A DNA stretch of 64,000 nt, taken from Spirochaetia bacterium. Lineage in GTDB: Bacteria > Spirochaetota > Spirochaetia > SZUA-6 > Bin103. The stretch covers positions 512,001 through 576,000 of the forward strand of contig CBDAOI010000003.1 of the NCBI GenBank assembly GCA_965198005.1. Direction: 5' to 3'. Of the stretch, positions 27,807 through 38,110 are shown piece by piece. Both the position numbers and the translations under genes were made by a program. The number at the start of each line of letters is the position of its first letter. The stretch's first letter is position 1. The notes beneath the pieces were generated by a model. That model worked only from the letters and a program-made list of their open reading frames with translations. It did no database searches and had not been told where the DNA came from.

Positions 27807-29255
27807 ATGCCACAGCCACGCCCTCAGCCGACCGTCCGGTTGACCCGCCATTTGGTGACCGTTGCCGTGGCCGGCGGACTGCTGCTGCTGCTGACCCTGT
27901 CGCCGGGGGCGCAGGCGACCAACGAGCAGGCCGACGCGGAACAGTTCGTCGACCTGTTCACCGAAGTGTTCGACTTCGTCCGCAACCACTACGTCGACGA
28001 GAGCCGGGTCGACCCCGAGACCCTGATCCAGGGTGCGCTGGACGGCATGTTCGCGACCCTGGACGACCCGCACTCTTCCTACGTCCCGCCGGAAGAGATC
28101 GGCGACCTGCTGGACATGACGCGCGGTGAATTCGGCGGCGTGGGCCTGCAGATATCCGTGGACCCCGGGGTGGGGGTCGAGGTGATTTCCCCGCTGGAGG
28201 GCCAGCCGGCGTACCGCGCGGGCGTCCGCCCCGGGGACGTGATCGTCGCCGTCGACGGTGAATCGGCGCTCGAGTTCGACGCCAACGACGTGGTTACGCG
28301 CTTGCGCGGCGAGCCCGGCACCTCGGTTTCGATCCGGTTTCGCCGCGGCAGCGGCATCAACTTCGAGGTGGTGATCGAACGCACCCTGATCGAGGTGCCG
28401 ACGGTGCGCTACGATACCATCGGCGACGACCTGGGCTACCTGCGCGTCAGGCAGTTCACCATGCTCACGCCCGGCCGGGTGGGAGAGGCGCTCGACGAAC
28501 TGCAGCGGCATGACCTGGCGGGGCTGATTGTGGATCTGCGCAGCAACCCGGGTGGAGTGCTCGGGGCCGCGGTCGAGGTGGCCGACTACTTCCTCTCTTC
28601 CGGCGTGATCGTGTCGACCCGTTCGCGCCACGACACCGACGGGCACGCATACCACGCGTCGCAGCGCACGCGCGTCGACCCGCAGCTCCCGATCGTGGTG
28701 CTGATCGACCGCGGCTCGGCCTCCGCCTCCGAAATCCTGGCCGCCGTGCTCCAGGACAGCGCGCGCGGCTACCTGCTGGGCGAGCAGAGCTACGGCAAGG
28801 GTTCGGTGCAGCAGGTGCGTCACTTCGGCGAGGGGGCGGTGAAGCTCACCACGGCCCGCTACTTCACCCGCCGCAACGTCAACCTGGACGACGGCGGCGT
28901 GCTGCCCGACTGGGACCTGCGCGAGCCGGACCTGAGCGAGGAGGCGGAGGAGGAGTTGTCCGAACTGCTCGACGCGGGACGTGTCCGGGCCTTCGCGCGC
29001 GCCACTCCCAACGCCGGCGACGCCCAGATCGAGGAGTTCGTCACCGAGCTGCAGCGCTCCGTGGTCGCGCTCGATCGCCACTATCTGCTGGAGCTGGTAC
29101 ACGAGGTAGTGGCGCGGCGCCAGCCGTCGCCGCCGGCGTATGACCTGCGCTTCGACGACGTGCTGGTGGAGGCGGTGGGGCTGCTCGACCGCGGCGAGGT
29201 GCCGGCACCGGACACCGGCCCGCTGCGCGAACCAGCCGCCGTGTCGGTGTCGTAG
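27807..29255 (+). CDS. ctpA: S41 carboxyl-terminal processing protease
   Basis: LDDPHS, PDZ domain, DLRSNPGG, SASASEI and YGKGSVQ motifs. Confidence 0.9.
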   Translation: MPQPRPQPTVRLTRHLVTVAVAGGLLLLLTLSPGAQATNEQADAEQFVDLFTEVFDFVRNHYVDESRVDPETLIQGALDGMFATLDDPHSSYVPPEEIGDLLDMTRGEFGGVGLQISVDPGVGVEVISPLEGQPAYRAGVRPGDVIVAVDGESALEFDANDVVTRLRGEPGTSVSIRFRRGSGINFEVVIERTLIEVPTVRYDTIGDDLGYLRVRQFTMLTPGRVGEALDELQRHDLAGLIVDLRSNPGGVLGAAVEVADYFLSSGVIVSTRSRHDTDGHAYHASQRTRVDPQLPIVVLIDRGSASASEILAAVLQDSARGYLLGEQSYGKGSVQQVRHFGEGAVKLTTARYFTRRNVNLDDGGVLPDWDLREPDLSEEAEEELSELLDAGRVRAFARATPNAGDAQIEEFVTELQRSVVALDRHYLLELVHEVVARRQPSPPAYDLRFDDVLVEAVGLLDRGEVPAPDTGPLREPAAVSVS

Positions 29256-29259
29256 GGCC

Positions 29260-30042
29260 GTGCGCCAGTTTCTGCTGGCGGATGCCGCGCCCGGCATGAC
29301 CCGCGACCTGGCCGGCGCCGACTACCACTATCTGGCGCGCGTCCGGCGATTGCGCCCCGGCGCGCGGCTCACGGTGGTGGACAGCGCGGGCATTCGCTAC
29401 GCGGCGCAGGTGACCGAGGTCGGCGGCGACCGCTTGCGGCTGGTGGTGGGCGCGCGCGCGGCGGACGGCGCGGACGGCGCGGCGGGCGGCGTGGCGCGCA
29501 CCCTGACTCTGATTCAGGCTTTGCCCAGGGCTGCCCTGATGGATCGGATCGTGCGCCAGGCCACCGAGCTGGGGGTGCGCACCATCGTGCCGGTGGTCGC
29601 GGAGCGCTGCCAGGGCCGGCACCCCGGCGGGGAGCGTGAGGCGGAACAACGCAGATGGTCGCGCTGGCAGCGCATCGCCCGCCAGGCCGCGCAGCAGAGC
29701 GGGGCCGCGCCGCCGCAGGTCGAGCGACCGCTGCCGCTGGCGGCGTTTCTGGCCCGACCCGCGTGCGCCCACCTGCAACTGGTATTCGAGCCGGGCACGG
29801 AACCGCTGCACCGGTTGCTGCAACGGGATGCGGCCGCGGCCACGGCCGAGAGCGTGCACTGTGCGATCGGCCCGGAGGGGGCGTATTCGCCGGCGGAGCT
29901 GGAGCTGTTCGCCGCGCATGGGTTTCACCTGGTCGGCCTGGACGCACCGGTGCTGCGCGTCGACACCGCCGCCGCGGCGGCACTGGCGGCCACCCGGCAA
30001 CTGCTGGCGGAAGCCGCCGCGCGCAGCGCCCGCGGGAGCTGA
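29260..30042 (+). CDS. rsmE: 16S rRNA m3U1498 methyltransferase
   Basis: ATELGV, AAQQSG, IGPEGAY and LRVDTAA motifs. Confidence 0.88.
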   Translation: MRQFLLADAAPGMTRDLAGADYHYLARVRRLRPGARLTVVDSAGIRYAAQVTEVGGDRLRLVVGARAADGADGAAGGVARTLTLIQALPRAALMDRIVRQATELGVRTIVPVVAERCQGRHPGGEREAEQRRWSRWQRIARQAAQQSGAAPPQVERPLPLAAFLARPACAHLQLVFEPGTEPLHRLLQRDAAAATAESVHCAIGPEGAYSPAELELFAAHGFHLVGLDAPVLRVDTAAAAALAATRQLLAEAAARSARGS

Positions 30043-30046
30043 TCGC

Positions 30047-31264
30047 GTGATCCGCCTGCTGTTCATCGACGACGATCGGCGCGCCCACGACACGCTGGAA
30101 CTGGTGCTGCCGCCCGAGTTCGAGCTGATTTCGGCTACCACGCTGGCGCACGGCGCGCGCCTCGCCGCCGCCGGCGAGGTCGACCTGGTGCTGCTCGACG
30201 TCAACTTTCCGGAGGGCAGCGGCCTGGATCTGCTGCCCCGGATCACCGCGCAGCCGGCGCCCCCGCCGGTGGTCATGCTGACCGCCGTCGACGACGTGCG
30301 TCAGGTGGTGGCGGCGGTGCAGGCCGGGGCCAGCGACTATCTGGTCAAGCCGTACGAATTGCCGACCCTGCTGGCGACGCTGCACGCGGCGCTTGCCAAC
30401 GGCGCCGCCCGCCGCGCCGCGGGCGCCCAGCCCCGCTCCGACGACGGCCTGGTGGGGGAGAGCCCGGGGCTGCGGCAGGTGCGTGAGCTGATCCGGCTCT
30501 ACGCCGACTCGGATGCGCCGGTCATGGTGACCGGCGAGAGCGGTACCGGCAAGGAGCTGGTGGCACACGCCGTGCACCGGCTCTCGCACCGCACCGCGGC
30601 ACCGTTCGTCGCCATCAATTGCGGCGCCATTCCGGACACGCTGGTCGAGAGCGAGCTGTTCGGGGCGGAGGCGGGCGCCTTCACCGGCGCCGTGGCGCGC
30701 GCCGGGTGCTTCGAGCGGGCCGAGGGCGGAACCCTGCTGCTCGACGAGGTGGCCGAGATGCCGCTGCCCGCGCAGGTCACGCTGCTGCGCGTCCTGGAGA
30801 CCCGCGAGGTAACCCGGGTCGGCGGCCGCCAGCCGATCCCGCTCAACGTGCGCGTGGTCAGCGCCACCAATCGCGATCCGGAAGGCCAAGTGGCGGCCGG
30901 CACTCTGCGTCTGGACCTCTGGTACCGGCTGGCCGTGCTGGCGATTCAAGTGCCGCCGCTACGCGATCGCAGCCCGGACATTCCGTTGTTGGCGGACGCC
31001 CTGTTGCGCGAGCGCGCGCCGGGCAGCGCCGGCGCCGCCGCCGGAGTCCGGCTCAGCGGCGCGGCGGCCGAACGGCTGCGTGCCCATCCGTGGCCGGGCA
31101 ACGTGCGTGAGCTGCGCAACGTGCTGGAGCGGGCACGCCTGCTGGCGCGGCGGCGCGCGGCCGGCGGCGGGGCGGTGGTGATCGAACCGTCCGACATCGC
31201 CCTGGGCCCGCCCAAACCGGCGTCCGCGCACGGCGCCGGCCCCGCCGGCGCCGCCGGTTTCTGA
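30047..31264 (+). CDS. Sigma-54-dependent response regulator (receiver + AAA+), no C-terminal HTH
   Basis: Intact receiver (DDD, D, T, KP). GESGTGKE, ESELFG, GAFTGA and WPGNVRELRN present. Ends soon after the AAA+ domain. Confidence 0.9.
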   Translation: MIRLLFIDDDRRAHDTLELVLPPEFELISATTLAHGARLAAAGEVDLVLLDVNFPEGSGLDLLPRITAQPAPPPVVMLTAVDDVRQVVAAVQAGASDYLVKPYELPTLLATLHAALANGAARRAAGAQPRSDDGLVGESPGLRQVRELIRLYADSDAPVMVTGESGTGKELVAHAVHRLSHRTAAPFVAINCGAIPDTLVESELFGAEAGAFTGAVARAGCFERAEGGTLLLDEVAEMPLPAQVTLLRVLETREVTRVGGRQPIPLNVRVVSATNRDPEGQVAAGTLRLDLWYRLAVLAIQVPPLRDRSPDIPLLADALLRERAPGSAGAAAGVRLSGAAAERLRAHPWPGNVRELRNVLERARLLARRRAAGGGAVVIEPSDIALGPPKPASAHGAGPAGAAGF

Positions 31265-31314
31265 GCGCTGGGCGCGGGCGTGCGTTTGGCGTTATATTGC
31301 AGCAGGATTGAAGT

Positions 31315-31695
31315 ATGGCAGACCCAGCGAGAATCGAAGGCCTTCTGCTCTCCCTGTCGCTCACCTACGAGGATGTCGGTGATCAGACCTGGGTGATCAA
31401 CGATAGCGAAAACGGCCTTGAGAACGTCGTCGTGATCCTTGCCGACCCGGTGGTGATCGTGCGCGTCAAGGTAATGAAAGCTCCGGCGGCCGGCCGCGAG
31501 GAGTTCTTCGAGCAGCTCCTGCGGCTCAACCAGTCGGACATGATCCACGGCGCGTACGCGCTGGACGGGAATGACGTCATCCTGCTCAACACCTTGGTGG
31601 GCGACACGCTCGACCTGGAGGAGCTCCAGGCGACCCTTGACGCTATCGGCTTGGCCCTTGCACAGCACTATGAAACGCTCTCCAAGTACCGTTAG
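31315..31695 (+). CDS. CesT/YbjN-like (type III chaperone fold) protein
   Basis: 126-aa acidic protein with LLRLN..MIHGAYAL and LDLEELQA motifs. Confidence 0.75.
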   Translation: MADPARIEGLLLSLSLTYEDVGDQTWVINDSENGLENVVVILADPVVIVRVKVMKAPAAGREEFFEQLLRLNQSDMIHGAYALDGNDVILLNTLVGDTLDLEELQATLDAIGLALAQHYETLSKYR

Positions 31696-31725
31696 AACAA
31701 GGTTTTATGTAACGGAGGTCAGCTA

Positions 31726-32433
31726 ATGGGGTTGTTTGACCGCTTTCGGCGCGTGGTGCGCTCCAACATCAACGAAATGATCAGCAAGGCGGAGAATCCC
31801 GAGAAGATGCTGAACCAGCTGATCGTGGACATGAACGAGCAGTTGATCGAATCCAAACGCAGCGTCGCGGCCTCGATCGCGGACGAGAAGCAGCTCGAAC
31901 GCCAGCTCATCGAGCAGCGCCGCAACGCCGAGAAGTGGGAACAGAACGCCATGGCCGCGGTCCGCGCCGGCAAGGACGAGCTGGCCAAGAAGGCGCTGAT
32001 GCGCAAGCAGGAGCACGACGAGTACGTCACGAGCTATCAGGAACAGTACGACGCCCAGCACGCCTCCGTGGCACAGCTCAAGGACTCCCTGCGCCATCTG
32101 CAGCAGAAGATCGAAGAGGCCAGCCGCAAGAAGAACCTGTTGATCGCCCGCGCCAAGCGGGCGGAAGCGCAGCAGCGGATTCAGTCCACCATCGGCGCGG
32201 CGCGTGACACCTCGGCGTTCGAGGCGTTCGACCGGATGGCCGCCAAGGTGGAGCAGGTGGAGGCAACGGCGGAGGCCACCGAAGACCTGGCCAAGCTGGA
32301 GGGGGGCGATGCCGACCTTGACAAGCAATTCAAGGAGCTCGAATCGGGCGGCTCCGATCAACGGCTCGAGGACTTGAAGGCCAAGATGCGGCAGATCGAG
32401 GACCAGCGCCCCGAGGAAGGTTCCCGCTCGTAG
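31726..32433 (+). CDS. pspA: PspA/IM30 family protein
   Basis: MGLFDRF..NIN..KAENPEKML and AFDRM motifs. GGAGG RBS. Confidence 0.93.
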   Translation: MGLFDRFRRVVRSNINEMISKAENPEKMLNQLIVDMNEQLIESKRSVAASIADEKQLERQLIEQRRNAEKWEQNAMAAVRAGKDELAKKALMRKQEHDEYVTSYQEQYDAQHASVAQLKDSLRHLQQKIEEASRKKNLLIARAKRAEAQQRIQSTIGAARDTSAFEAFDRMAAKVEQVEATAEATEDLAKLEGGDADLDKQFKELESGGSDQRLEDLKAKMRQIEDQRPEEGSRS

Positions 32434-32480
32434 CCGCTCGTAGCCCGGACGCACCCGAAGCACCCCACGCACCGATTCCC

Positions 32481-33158
32481 GTGGCCGCGCCACCCGCCCC
32501 TGCCGCCGTCCAGTTCGTGGTCGGCGACGACCCGGTGGTGGAGGCGCGCGTCCGGCAGGCGGCCCGGCCGGCGGGGCGGGCGCGGCGCGGCAGCAGCGCC
32601 TTCAGCCTGAGGCTCAGCGACCGTCTCGACCCGACCGGCAGCGCCGTGCTGTTCATCGTGCCGGCGGCGCTGGTGAACACCATCCTCGCCCCGGACGGCA
32701 GGCTGGCCCTGCCGGTGATCGCCTACGGCGCCGAATCCGCCTTGCCGGCCGCGTTTCTGCGCGGCTGCGTCGACTATCTGCGCAACCCGTGGACGCTGAC
32801 CGAGCTTGAGCTGCGGGTCAGCCGCTGGCTGGAGCAGCACCTGCCGGCGCGCCGCTCCGGCGGCGGGCTGTGGCTGGAGGGGACCACCCTGCACGGCCCG
32901 ACGGCCGCGGTGGCGCTGTCGGTGGCCGAGGCGCGCCTGCTGGGGATGCTGCTGCAGAACGCCGGCCGGGTGACCAGCCGCGATGCCCTGTTCTACCGGC
33001 TGTGGGGCCGGCTGCCGGCGACACCCAGCCGCGTCGTGGACGTGCACGTGGCCGCCCTGCGCCGCAAGTGCCGCCGCGCCGCCGCCACCGCCGGCCTGAC
33101 CATCACCGCCGTGCGCGGCGAAGGCTACCTGCTGGCGACTGAACGTGAACGTGACTGA
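32481..33158 (+). CDS. OmpR-type winged-helix protein with degenerate receiver
   Basis: LSVAEARLL, SRVVDVHVAALRRK and AVRGEGY present. Receiver lacks the phospho-Asp and has NP in place of KP. Confidence 0.75.
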   Translation: MAAPPAPAAVQFVVGDDPVVEARVRQAARPAGRARRGSSAFSLRLSDRLDPTGSAVLFIVPAALVNTILAPDGRLALPVIAYGAESALPAAFLRGCVDYLRNPWTLTELELRVSRWLEQHLPARRSGGGLWLEGTTLHGPTAAVALSVAEARLLGMLLQNAGRVTSRDALFYRLWGRLPATPSRVVDVHVAALRRKCRRAAATAGLTITAVRGEGYLLATERERD

Positions 33159-33170
33159 ACGGCGACTGAA

Positions 33171-35453
33171 CTAAACGAATACCGAGACCAGCAGGTTGTT
33201 GAGCGCCAGGAAGCTGGTCACGAACACGATGGAGACCATCGACATCAGCTTGAGCAGGATGTTGATCGACGGGCCGGAGGTGTCCTTGTAGGGATCGCCG
33301 ACGGTATCGCCGATCACTCCCGCCTTGTGCGCTTCCGAGCCCTTGCCGCCGTAGTTGCCCGCCTCGACGTACTTCTTGGCGTTGTCCCAAGCGCCGCCGG
33401 CGTTGGCCATCATGATCGCCAGCACGAAGCCGGTGGCCAGCGCCCCGGCCAGCAACGCGATCACCGTGAACGGTCCGAACACGATCCCCACCACGATCGG
33501 GGCCGCTACCGCCAGCAGCGACGGCACCACCATCTCCCGTTGCGCGCCCTTGGTGGAGATCGCCACGCAGGAGGCGTAGTCGGGCCGCACCTCGCCTTTG
33601 AGGATGCCGGGGTCGGCCTGGAACTGGCGCCGCACCTCCTTGACCATGTCGCCGGCGGCGCGGCCCACCGCCTTCATCGACAGCGAGGCGAACACGAACG
33701 GCAGCACGGCGCCGATGAACAGCCCCATCAGGATCTTGGGATCCATCAGGTCGATGCTCATCTCCGCGTGCACCGCGCCGGCCGCGTCGCGCGTGATGGT
33801 GATGATGTCGGCGTAGAACCGCTCGAACGCCTGCGACACCGCCACGGTGTCCAGCGCCTCGACGATCTTGTTGCGGTACTCGGCCAGCAACGCCAGGGCG
33901 GTGAGCGCCGCGGAGCCGATGGCGAACCCCTTGCCGGTGGCGGCGGTGGTGTTGCCGAGCGAGTCGAGGGCGTCGGTGCGCTCGCGCACCTGCGGGTCCA
34001 GCTTCGCCATCTCGGCAATGCCGCCGGCGTTGTCGGCCACCGGTCCGTAGGCGTCGGTGGCGAGCGTGATGCCGAGCGTGCTGAGCATCCCCACCGCCGC
34101 CAGCCCGATGCCGTACAGGCCGATGCCCGGGAACTGGGCGCCGCCGGAGAGGAAGAACGCCAGCAGCGTGGCCGCCACCACCGTGAGCACCGGGATCAGG
34201 GTGGACAGCATCCCCAGGGCGTGGCCCTGGATGATCAGGGTGGCGGGTCCGGTCTGCGCCTCGGCCGCCAGCGCCTTGGTCGGCGCGTAGTTGTCGGAGG
34301 TGTAGTACTCGGTGAAAAAGCCGATCACGTTGCCGGCCACCAGGCCGACGATCATCGCCCCCCACAGGCCGACGAAGCTCGGGCCGGCGGTGAGCAGCAC
34401 CAGCACCAGCGACAGCACCGCGATCAGCCCGGTGGAAAGCAGCGTGCCGTTGCGCAGCGCGCGCAGCAGCACCTGCTGCGACGGATCCCCCTTGGTGCGC
34501 ACCACCGCGGTGCCGAGGATCGAGCACAGCACGCCGATGGTGGCCACCGACACCGGCACCTGGATCATCTGCAGCGCGGACACCTCCGGCAGGTTGAGCG
34601 AGGCGATGGCGCCGAGCGCCATGGTGGCGATGATCGAGCCGACGAAGGACTCGTACAGGTCGGCGCCCATGCCGGCCACGTCGCCCACGTTGTCGCCCAC
34701 GTTGTCGGCGATGGTGGCCGGGTTGCGGGCGTCATCCTCCGGGATGTTGGCCTCCACCTTGCCCACCAGGTCGGCGCCCACGTCCGCCGCCTTGGTGAAG
34801 ATGCCGCCGCCGAGGCGCGCGAACAGCGCCTGCAGCGACGCCCCCATGCCGAAGGTGATCATGATCGGCGGAATCTCCACCACCGGGACGTCGAACGCGA
34901 AGCGCAGCAGGAACCACCAGATCGAGATGTCCAGCAGGCCGAGTCCGACCACGGTCATCCCCATCACCGTGCCCGACGAAAACGCTACCCGCAGCCCGGC
35001 GTTGAGCGACTCGCTGGCGCCCTGGGCGGTGCGGGAGTTGGCCCGCGTCGCAATCGACATACCGATGTATCCGGCGAGCGCAGAGAAAAACCCGCCGGTG
35101 ATGAAGGCGAAAGGCACGAACGGCGACAGCAGCTTCAGGCCGTAGGAGATGATCGCCAGCACCACGAACAGCAGCGCGAAGAACAGGCCCACGACCTTGT
35201 ACTGCTGCTTCAGGTAAGCGGTCGCCCCCTCCAGCACCGCGCGGCTGAGCTCCTGCATGGTGGCATTGCCCGGGTTCTTGCGCAGCACCGACAGCGCCAG
35301 GATCAGCGCGAACAGCAACGCCGCCACGGAGCCGATCCAGGTCACCCACATCAGATCGCGGCCGCCGGGTGCGGCTTCTGCCTGGGCCAGGGCCGGGAAC
35401 GCCGGTAGCAGGAGCAGGCCCACCGCTCCCGCGAGCGTGCACACTCGCTTCAT
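33171..35453 (-). CDS. hppA: Membrane-bound Na+/H+-translocating pyrophosphatase
   Basis: DVGADLVGKVE, DNVGDNVGD and GNTTAA motifs (GNTTAA marks the K+-dependent type). Confidence 0.95.
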   Translation of the reverse strand: MKRVCTLAGAVGLLLLPAFPALAQAEAAPGGRDLMWVTWIGSVAALLFALILALSVLRKNPGNATMQELSRAVLEGATAYLKQQYKVVGLFFALLFVVLAIISYGLKLLSPFVPFAFITGGFFSALAGYIGMSIATRANSRTAQGASESLNAGLRVAFSSGTVMGMTVVGLGLLDISIWWFLLRFAFDVPVVEIPPIMITFGMGASLQALFARLGGGIFTKAADVGADLVGKVEANIPEDDARNPATIADNVGDNVGDVAGMGADLYESFVGSIIATMALGAIASLNLPEVSALQMIQVPVSVATIGVLCSILGTAVVRTKGDPSQQVLLRALRNGTLLSTGLIAVLSLVLVLLTAGPSFVGLWGAMIVGLVAGNVIGFFTEYYTSDNYAPTKALAAEAQTGPATLIIQGHALGMLSTLIPVLTVVAATLLAFFLSGGAQFPGIGLYGIGLAAVGMLSTLGITLATDAYGPVADNAGGIAEMAKLDPQVRERTDALDSLGNTTAATGKGFAIGSAALTALALLAEYRNKIVEALDTVAVSQAFERFYADIITITRDAAGAVHAEMSIDLMDPKILMGLFIGAVLPFVFASLSMKAVGRAAGDMVKEVRRQFQADPGILKGEVRPDYASCVAISTKGAQREMVVPSLLAVAAPIVVGIVFGPFTVIALLAGALATGFVLAIMMANAGGAWDNAKKYVEAGNYGGKGSEAHKAGVIGDTVGDPYKDTSGPSINILLKLMSMVSIVFVTSFLALNNLLVSVFV

Positions 35454-35607
35454 TCGTGCCTCGCAGTGATTCGTCATCCCCCGGCTCCGGCACGCGCAAC
35501 GAGAGCGCTGTAGCGGGGAGCCTGGCAGCGGGGGCTGGGATTGGGCCTTAAGGTATTGCCGCCACGCAGTTAACGTCAAACCAATGAACGTGTAGGCTAT
35601 AGGTCCG

Positions 35608-37818
35608 ATGGCGGGATTGGCGACCAGCAGACCCCGGCGGCCGGTCACCGAGCAGTCCCTGCTCGACCGTGAGTTGAGCTGGGTGGAATTCAACCGCCGC
35701 GTGATCGACCAGGCGCGCGCCGCCGCCGAACCGCTGCTCGGGCGGCTCAGGTTCCTCACCATCGTCAGCTCCAACTTCGACGAGTTCTTCATGATCCGGG
35801 TGGCGGCGCTCAGACGCGAGCTGGTGCCGGGGTCGCAGCGGCATCGGCGGTTCACCCGGCTGGCGGCGGAGATCCACGATGCCGTAGGGCAGCAGTACCG
35901 GATCCTGCATGCCGATCTGCTGCCGGAGCTGGCGGCCGCCGGGGTGCGCATCCTGACCGCGGCCGAGCTGACCCCCGCGCAGCGGCGCGCCGCGGCCGAC
36001 GATTTCCAGTACCAGATCTTTCCGGCGCTCGCCGCGGTGCGCCTGGCCGCGGGCGCGCCCGACAGCATCGCCACGGCGGTGGCCAACCTGCGCCTCCATC
36101 TCGCCTTTCGGCTACAACCGGAGGCGCCGGACACGCTCGCGGCGGACGGCCTGCACGGCGCGCCTGGGCCGGATGAACCGCTGGTGGCGCTGGTAACGGT
36201 GCCGCTGGGCCTCGACCGGTTGCGGCCGCTGCCCGGCGCGGGGACGCCGGCGGGATTCCTGCTGCTGGAAGACACGATCGTGCTGCACGCCGCGCACCTG
36301 TTTCCCGGCTATCGGGTGGTGGAGCACGCCCTGTTCCGGGTCACGCGCGCCGCCGACCTGGAGGTGGACGAGGCGACCGACGAGGACTTCATCGAGGCGA
36401 TGGCCGACATCCTGGTGGAACGCCGCTCCAGCCGGGTGGTGCGCCTGGAGATCGACGACGCCGAGGGGCGCCTCGGACGGTTGCTCACGGGCGCGCTGGG
36501 GCTTACCGGGCACGACGTCTACTCCGGCGTGCCGGTCGACCTCACCGGCCTGCGCGGACTGCTCGACGCCGGGCCGCAGGAGCTGGACTACCCGCGCTGG
36601 GTGCCGGTGCCGGTGCCGGAGCTGGCCGACGGCACGCCTCCCTGGGAGGTGCTGCACCGGCGCGACGTGCTGTTGCACCATCCGTACGAGTCGTTCGACC
36701 ATGTCGTCGGTCTGCTGCAGGCGGCGGCCGGTGACCCGGCGGTCCTGGCGATCAAGATGACGCTGTACCGGACTTCGGGCGACTCGCCGTTGGTGCAGGC
36801 CCTGGAGCGTGCGGCCGGAAACGGCAAGCAGGTCACGGTGCTGGTCGAGTTGAAGGCGCGGTTCGACGAGCAGCAGAACATCGACTGGGCCACGCGGCTG
36901 GAGCGTGCCGGCGCGATCGTGGTGTACGGCATCGCCCGGCTCAAGGTGCACGCCAAGGCACTCCTGATCGTGCGGCGTGAGGCCGCCGGGGTGCGCACCT
37001 ACACCCACCTCGGCACCGGCAACTACAACGACACGACGGCCCGCCTCTACGGCGACGTCGGGCTGCTGACCGGACGCGAGGAGATCGGCCACGAGGCGAC
37101 CCTGTTCTTCAACGCGATCACCGGGTACTCCTCCACCTCCCGGCTCGAGCGTCTGGTGATGGCGCCGAATCTGCTCAAGCGGCGCCTCCTGTCCCTGATC
37201 GAGCGCGAGGCGGGACACGCCCACGGCACCGCGGACCGCGCCGGCGGCCGCGCCCGCGGATTGATCATGGCGAAGGTGAATTCGCTCACCGATCCCGAGC
37301 TGATCGCGGCGCTCTACGCCGCCGCCCAGGCCGGCGTGCGCATCCGGCTGAACGTGCGCGGCGTGTGCATGCTGCGCCCCGGCGTCCCCGGACTGAGCGA
37401 GGGCATCGAGGTGGTGAGCATCCTCGACCGCTTCCTGGAGCACAGCCGCATCACCTACTTCCACAACCGCGGGGCGTACGAGGTGTACCTGTCGAGCGCC
37501 GACTGGATGCCGCGCAACCTGCAGCGCCGGGTGGAGCTGATGTTTCCGGTGGAGCACCCGGACCTGCGCGAGCGCTTGGTGGAGGTCATGGAGCTGTATC
37601 TCAGTGACAACTGCCAGGCCTACGAGCTGTTGCCGGACGGCCGCTACCGGCGGCGCGCGCCGCTCCCCGGGCAGGCCGCAGTGCGGGCGCAGCAGGTGCT
37701 CCAGCAGGCGGCGCTGGCCGCGGAACAGGCGCGCACCGGCGCGGAAGCGCGGGAGTTCACCGTCCGCCGGCGCCCGCCGGGGGTTCGGACTCCGGCCGGC
37801 CGGCGGGCGCGGCAATGA
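35608..37818 (+). CDS. ppk1: Polyphosphate kinase 1
   Basis: RELSW, HHPYESF, KMTLYR, ELKARFDE and FLEHSR motifs. Confidence 0.95.
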   Translation: MAGLATSRPRRPVTEQSLLDRELSWVEFNRRVIDQARAAAEPLLGRLRFLTIVSSNFDEFFMIRVAALRRELVPGSQRHRRFTRLAAEIHDAVGQQYRILHADLLPELAAAGVRILTAAELTPAQRRAAADDFQYQIFPALAAVRLAAGAPDSIATAVANLRLHLAFRLQPEAPDTLAADGLHGAPGPDEPLVALVTVPLGLDRLRPLPGAGTPAGFLLLEDTIVLHAAHLFPGYRVVEHALFRVTRAADLEVDEATDEDFIEAMADILVERRSSRVVRLEIDDAEGRLGRLLTGALGLTGHDVYSGVPVDLTGLRGLLDAGPQELDYPRWVPVPVPELADGTPPWEVLHRRDVLLHHPYESFDHVVGLLQAAAGDPAVLAIKMTLYRTSGDSPLVQALERAAGNGKQVTVLVELKARFDEQQNIDWATRLERAGAIVVYGIARLKVHAKALLIVRREAAGVRTYTHLGTGNYNDTTARLYGDVGLLTGREEIGHEATLFFNAITGYSSTSRLERLVMAPNLLKRRLLSLIEREAGHAHGTADRAGGRARGLIMAKVNSLTDPELIAALYAAAQAGVRIRLNVRGVCMLRPGVPGLSEGIEVVSILDRFLEHSRITYFHNRGAYEVYLSSADWMPRNLQRRVELMFPVEHPDLRERLVEVMELYLSDNCQAYELLPDGRYRRRAPLPGQAAVRAQQVLQQAALAAEQARTGAEAREFTVRRRPPGVRTPAGRRARQ

Positions 37819-38096
37819 CCGGCCGGCGCGACCCCCGGACCCCCCACCCGCTGGTCAACCTGATCACGTGGGTGTGCGCGCTCGGGATTCTGGTGGCGGT
37901 GGCGGTCGCCGGCGGGGGCAGGCTGTGGCGCCTGGTCGGCACGCTGCTGACCGCGCCCACGCCGCTGGCTGGACGGGTCGCCGTCGCAGTTGGGCTCGGC
38001 GTGGTGGCCCTGGTGCTGGCGCTGTTCTTCGGCTGGCTGCTGGTGGTGCTGGTGCAGGCCGTGGTCGCTGCGCCTGACCGGCGCAAGAAACCGTAA
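37815..38096 (+). CDS. Small membrane protein
   Basis: ATGA overlap with ppk1 and two hydrophobic segments. Confidence 0.55.
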   Translation: MTGRRDPRTPHPLVNLITWVCALGILVAVAVAGGGRLWRLVGTLLTAPTPLAGRVAVAVGLGVVALVLALFFGWLLVVLVQAVVAAPDRRKKP

Positions 38097-38110
38097 CCGT
38101 AACGGCGCGC

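Noticed and set aside
31286-31301. TTGGC...TTGCA as a sigma-54 promoter for CesT-pspA
   Set aside because: Only 9 nt separate GG and GC; the -24/-12 geometry requires 10.
35454-36275. N-terminal extension of the 1034-aa pyrophosphatase ORF
   Set aside because: It overlaps ppk1 on the opposite strand; the credible start is ATG 35453.
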